From Welwitschia mirabilis (lineage: Eukaryota), in NCBI GenBank assembly GCA_051453625.1, contig JBOZIK010000001.1:20367356-20424584 (forward strand): DNA of 57,229 bases. The letters run 5' to 3'. Positions 51,331 to 57,229 of the stretch are shown piece by piece. Under the pieces are notes generated by a model. That model was not told the DNA's origin. It ran no database searches and saw nothing but the letters and a program-made list of their open reading frames with translations. How positions within the stretch are numbered: position 1 is the first letter of the stretch; each line of letters begins with the position of its first letter. The translations under genes and the position numbers were made by a program.

Positions 51331-53340
51331 TCTCTTCATCCCATGGATTGTGGTTAATAGGACTTCTCTCCTTATATGGTTCATATCAATATCTTCATGA
51401 GTTACCTGATTTTCTTCCTCTGAGGTGGGGTCTGAATGGTTATGATATTTTGTCCCCTTACTATGTTCGGGGCTATCAACCTTCTTCTGAGGGATTTCCT
51501 CCTTACCTTACTTAGGCTGTGATTGCTTCTCTTCCTACACTTTGATAAGGGTTTCTGCCTGACCTGGTGCAAGATAAGATTGTTCCTCTTCTTGTGTTGG
51601 GGGTGGAATTGACTCTTCCTCTATAGAAGTCTCTTGGGTTGGAGGTGAAGTCACTTATCTCTGAGTCTGAAAGCCTTCTAACTCATTCTCCTACTCACAT
51701 TAAGAATCTTTATCATTCTCATCCATTTTCTTCTTTTTTACTCTGGGCTATTAGGTCTCATCTAATGTCCTTTACTGAGGGGGAGGGGAGAATGCCTCCC
51801 TCACCCTCAAGTCCCTTGTAGCTCTCCACAGAGCCATGACAAGGCTTGAATGCCTTGTAGTATTCTTTTTTCACAATATTTAGAGGAATAAGTAAGGTAA
51901 ATTAATTTGGTTCTCTAATTCTAAGGCCTTAAGAAAGATGAAATGCAATTCAAGCTTCGAAAAATACCCCGTCTGTATGAAGTATCTATCTATCAATTCT
52001 GCACCTAANNNNNNNNNNNNNNNNNNNNNNNNNNNNNNNNNNNNNNNNNNNNNNNNNNNNNNNNNNNNNNNNNNNNNNNNNNNNNNNNNNNNNNNNNNNN
52101 NNNNNNNNCTAAGGCCTTAAGAAAGATGAAATGCAATTCAATCTTCGAAAAATACCCCGTCTGTATGAAGTATCTATCTATCAATTCTGCACCTAAACCC
52201 CAAGGGCATGGAAGTGCCTTTCTACTAATGTATCCACTTAATAGCTTAGGGATGCCTCTCGGGAAAAAATGAAAAGCCTTCCTTTATCCTCTACAGTTGA
52301 GTGGAATTCTCTCCCCTTCCATGGGAATTTTTAGTAGGNNNNNNNNNNAAGAAAGGGATTCTTCTCTGATTTCAATTAGGATTCTTTTGAATGTGGTTCT
52401 ATGCCCTCTCCACCTTCTATAGAATGGGGTGATATTGGCCTTGGACTCTCCTTTCAATTTGTGCATAAGTGCTCCCTAGCCCAGGGCCTTCACCTTGTCT
52501 CGAAGGGCCATGCATCCTTCAAACAAGCTTAAATTTTCTGGTTTATACATTGGAGTGACCCCTATAGCTACCCAAATTTGTGAATGGTACCATATGATTT
52601 TCCTAGCATTATTAATAGGGAATGTAAGGGAGGAATTATTTAAAATCAAATCATTACATGTACGATATATCTGATAAAGCGTCAGGTGTATCCCATCCTT
52701 CATGCATGTCTCAGTTGTTTTTTTGGTCTCGTAGTAATTTGTCATTAATTCCATTAAATCAAAGATTCATTTGCATTAATGAAATAGGTTTTGTGCATCT
52801 TCTTAATTTGAGTGACAAATTGGATAATTAGTAGTAACCTAAATGTCATGTTTAATCAATTGGTCTCTTGTCAAAAGTTGATTTGGTCCTTCAACCATTA
52901 AAAACTCTTGATCTTGTCAGGTATCTGCCCACTCCCAAAACTCTTGTAGACTTCATTTTTACCATACTTCTTGAGGATAATCATTTTAGTTATGTCTTTA
53001 TTAGAGATACCTAGATTTATTATATTACTTCTGGCATTAGAAACATGTTTTTTGAGGTAAGACTCTTATTTACTTGTGCTCCAGTTTGGATACTTATAAT
53101 TGATTAGATCACTTCATGGTTGATCACTCTTAAGCAAGCTTTGATTATTTTGTGAACTCCAATGAGAAGACAATCTTCTGGCTTATGAATTCCTTAACCT
53201 CATGCCTCATTGAGGCAAGTAAGGAAATCCCACTTACATAGGTGAATGCATCTTTTATTATTACCTCCCAATCAAATGAAGTCTTTTATCATTTTATTGA
53301 TTTTTTATTATAAATTTGAGGGCGTGCACAGTTTGGTTGT

Positions 53341-53391
53341 GGGGGGGAAGAAGGGGGGGTGTGAAGGAAAGGGGAGGGGAGGTGATAGGGG
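53341..53391 (+). other. G-run cluster with G-quadruplex potential, inside an insertion in LINE ORF2
   Basis: Five runs of four or more G: gggggggaagaagggggggtgtgaaggaaaggggaggggaggtgatagggg. Confidence 0.7.
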
Positions 53392-56300
53392 AGCATATGG
53401 ACCAGAAGGATGCAACTAGGTAAGTATTTTCTATGATGATTTTGGCTTTGGAAGAAAGAAATGTATTTAGCCATGCATTATGTTTCCTCTGAATTAACTC
53501 CAAGATGAAGTTCTAGGTCAGTGACTTATGCTAATTTCTGAGGACAATTCTTAAGTAGATGTCCTAAAGATCTTCCATTTTTACATTTGAAATTCTAATG
53601 ATTTTGCTACTTCTTATGATGCTTTTGCCAACAATATGAATTCGATACTTATTCCAATTAGTTCAAAGACCTGTGACATCTATGAAGAGATCCATGAAAT
53701 TCTTAGTAGCTCTAGCCTGTTGATAGGAAGCTTGAATCATAATAATTGTGTCATCTGCATAGTGATTATTTATGAATGTTTGACCTTATATTTTAATTCC
53801 TGTGACTTCATTGCTTCTAAGAATTCCCTATAAGACATTCATGATGAACAAAAAGAGGTATGGGGATAAGGAATCCCCCTACCTTAATCCTCGACCTACT
53901 GAAAAATATTTAGATCTATGATTGGTAATTTCTACTCTGAACTCACCAAAATCTTGAATGCCAACCCATAAGTTTGTGATGTCAGAGTTAAATCCGATTT
54001 TCCTAAGAATACAACCTAAATCTCTCTAGCTCACGAAATCATATGTTTTTGCTATGTCTAATTTAGCAACGAGTAAAGAAAAATTATGCTTTTTAACAGA
54101 ATGGTTGATTTCATGAGTTAGGAAGATTTGGTCCTGGATGTATCTAGATTAGATAAAGATATCTTGGCTCTCAGAGATAACTTTGGAAAGGAGGGGGCAA
54201 TATGGCCCACCATTATTTTGGTGAAGATCCTGTAAAGAATGTTGCAGATACCTAAAGGTCTGTAGTATTCTAGTTTACTGGTACCTCGTTTCTTGGAAAT
54301 GAGTACAACCTTGGTTTTATTGATCTTTATGGGAATGCATTTATTATTAAGAGTATCTAACATTACATCATGAAGTTTGTCTTCCATGATGGAGAAGTAG
54401 GCCTTAAAACAGTTCTACTGGCCATCCATCTAGCCTTGATGCTTTATTGTTCTTTATGGATTGCAGGGCTATTTAGACTTTTCTCTATCTAATGGCCTAA
54501 TTAAGCAAGCATTATCTTTATTAAAATTTTTCTTATCTTTTGGAATATGTTTGGGGTTAATATCTTCCCACTCCCACACATTTTGGAGGTGGGTCTGCAT
54601 TTCGTTGGTAATATCCCTTCATTTTCAACTACTTGCTTTTTGATTAGAGGCCTTCTAATTTTGTTATCTATTCTATGTTGATTAGCCTGTTGGAAGAAAC
54701 ATTTGGTGTGTCTATCCCCTTTTTTAAGCCATTTAATCCTGGATCTTTTCCTTTAATGATTCTCCTCATTTGCATTTATTTTTTGAAGTTCCATTAAGCA
54801 TCTGTACTCCTTATTGTGAAGGTTGTCCTTATCTCCTCCAAGTTTCTGCTCTATTTGGATATCTTATAATGTTTTTTCCACTTTCTTTTTCAACTTGAAT
54901 CTTTCATTGGCCTTCTTCTATAGTCCTTGAGATATGCCGTAAGAGTGTTTAAGCATCTATATAGAAAGGTTAAATGAAGAGTGCTATCATATTGGTTTTA
55001 AATCTTTTCAAATATCCTTCTAGTCTTTTTCCTTAACATCTAGTATCTCCTCATCTGAGTGGGGGATCTATTGGGTATTATTACCCTTATTCTAAATTTA
55101 ATTAGTTAGTGATTAGAGGTTACTCTGTTTAGTTCCCATGCTTCAATATGCAGCTTGGCTATATCCTTTCTAGTCAGAATTTGATCGATTCTGGACATAA
55201 TCTGGTTACCTCTCATTCTCCTATTAGACCAAGAGTATTTGCATCCCGTGATTAGAATATCTGAGAGATAATTTTACTCTATAAAATATCTAAGGATTGC
55301 TACCTTCTATTATTCTAGTTTTTACCCCCTGTTTTCTCCCATCTATGAAGGTATTAGTTAAAACCCCCCATAACAATCCATTTAGCTTTTTCCACTACTA
55401 AACTCTATAAATCCTTTAGCATTGAGGCTTTTTTTAGATTGTTTTGAGGTCTGTACACATTTGTGATAGTCCATTCTTCTTCCTTAAGGTATATAATTAA
55501 GTGATGTTTATTGCTATGAATTAAATTCACCTCCTTTTTCATGAGGGTCATGATTCCTTCTAAATTTCGTTGAGCTACAGAGGTGAATTTGTTACAGTGT
55601 TTTAAGAAATTGTCTAATTTCATACTATCACATATCTTCATCTCTTGTAAATAGACTAAGTTAGTATTGAATTTACTAATTAAGTCTCTTAGGGTCTTCT
55701 TCTTATAGGGGAATTCTAATCCTCTACAATTCCAAAAGAGGCACTTCATCAGGTTTGTTTTTGCTTCTTTCTAGGCATCCCTTGACCTTTTTTCAATGTG
55801 TCTTCAATAGCTACTTGGGATCTATTTGCCATGTTTTCTGCAGTTTTCCTATCTTAAAGTATTCTATTGCTGGGCCTTCCCTTCATATGGTTTTTGATAG
55901 CATTTATCTTGTCTATGTTCACTTGTTTTTGAGATTGAAAAATGTCTCTATCCTCTTCTTCCATTAGGTGTTGAAAGGAATTATACACTTGGTCTTTTTT
56001 CTTCTTTTTCTTAGGGTAAACTATTGTGTTTTTGACTATTTTCTCTTTCTTCTATTTATGCTAGCATTCATTCTAGTTGTGTCCTATCTTTCCATAGAAG
56101 GAGCAGATTTATTTCTGCTTGTCCTCAATCTTTATTTGCCTTTTCTTGAATTTGTCCCTTTCGTGGTCTTTTTCCCATAGTGTGAATCTTTTTTCTTCCC
56201 TCACACATATTCTTAATGCATATCCAATATTCTGGCATGTCTCACATGTTACAGGAAGGTTCTCATAAGTGACTTCCAAGTCATACATTTCCCATTTGGA

Positions 56301-57065
56301 TTTGAATTTCACAAATTGAATCTCCTTTATTTCTTTAATGCTAATTCATATACAAAAAATTTCTAGAACCAATTTAGTTTGTTTAATAATGATTCTATCT
56401 AGTTTTATCAGCTCTCCAAATTGAGAAGTAATTTCCCTCAGAAGATCTTTGCCCGAATACTCTAGGGAAAACCTGTATATGTAGGTCCATATATGTAGCT
56501 TTTTGAACAAATGCATATTTTCTTATGCCCTTGACGTCCATTTGACTAGAGTTAACCCTCTTATTCCAAAGAACCATGATCTTCTAGTAATAAATTCATC
56601 TTGATCCCATTCATTATCAAGCTAAAAAGGTACCAAGACTTCTGACATGGCTATGATCTCGACTTTGCTAATCTCTGTCCTTGGTGACTACCCATTCTTT
56701 GATAAGATCAAGTCTAGGCCTTGGGTCAAACAAGATAAACTTGCTGATCAAACTGTATTGAAGTTTCTTCTCTATTTCAGAGCATGTGTCTTTAGCTATG
56801 TCTAAAATAAGGGTTTTTCTCTTCTTGAAGGACTAAATCTTCTCTGTTTCGAGGGTAAGAGCCTTATCTTAAACCATTTTACAAAACAACTTTGATAAAA
56901 GAATAAACCCACAACTAACTTTTTGAACCATCTATAAGCTAGTTGAAATCATCCCCGTATGTGTTGCAGCTCTCTAGGATCAAAATCGTTCTTCTCATCC
57001 TTAGTGCTTCCAAAACCTTATCTTTCACCTTCATTCTCTTATGCCTTTCTCCTTAATAAAAGATT

Positions 57066-57229
57066 CATAACATCCTTAATTTAATTATCCTAATTAAGCA
57101 CTTTTTTTACATTATTAACTAACATGCACAATGAAACCTAGGATTAATTCCTACTTGGATCCTATTAAAACATTATAAGATTTAAAATAATTAAATAACA
57201 TAATTACTACTTAATTATAGATCCTTTTG
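57066..57229 (-). repeat. Resumption of the Tekay 5' LTR (runs off the window)
   Basis: Colinear with 40002-40168 (ttaatta.cctaattaagca...gatcctattaaaa...aagatttaaaataattaaataaca). Confidence 0.9.

Larger units (their letters stand above)
50840..57065 (-). mobile_element. Near-full-length L1-type LINE (ORF1, ORF2 EN-RT-zf-RVT-linker-J domain, 3'UTR, poly(A)) inserted in the Tekay 5' LTR
   Basis: ORF1 YENLPVTCETCQNIGY..RIC; ORF2 start MKCLFWNCRGL at 55749; YRPLGICNILYRIFTK; KLDIAKTYD; RGLR*GDSLSPYLF; T-run 50840-50858; candidate decayed TSD 50826-50840 / 57066-57080. Confidence 0.92.

Noticed and set aside
3669-52196. Near-identical duplications flanking N gaps (3669/4170, 6527/6926, 7139/7298, 46062/46556, 50163/50540, 51921/52109)
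   Set aside because: Typical unmerged contig or haplotype overlaps at scaffold gaps; treated as assembly artefacts.

Overview
AT-rich land-plant nuclear scaffold with many N gaps, mostly nested and heavily C>T/G>A-decayed retrotransposons. It holds one intact host gene: a two-exon GT29 (sialyltransferase-like, GALT29A-type) Golgi glycosyltransferase at ~30.8-32.4 kb in a CpG-retaining island. Around it lie Athila-type and Tekay-type Gypsy elements, two Copia elements, two L1-type LINEs, a dispersed tRNA-derived SINE family, a 5S-rRNA-derived fragment and several minisatellites. The most striking observation is a minus-strand L1 LINE (50840-57065) whose ORF2 reading frame continues past the zf-RVT region, through an acidic/Pro-rich linker, into a DnaJ J-domain with an intact HPD motif just before the 3'UTR/poly(A), with no visible RNase H. 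Second is a decayed Penelope-like GIY-YIG endonuclease followed by a hammerhead-like CTGATGA motif about 1.6 kb upstream of the gene. All translations and alignments were done by eye, with no database searches. TE boundaries are approximate unless stated.
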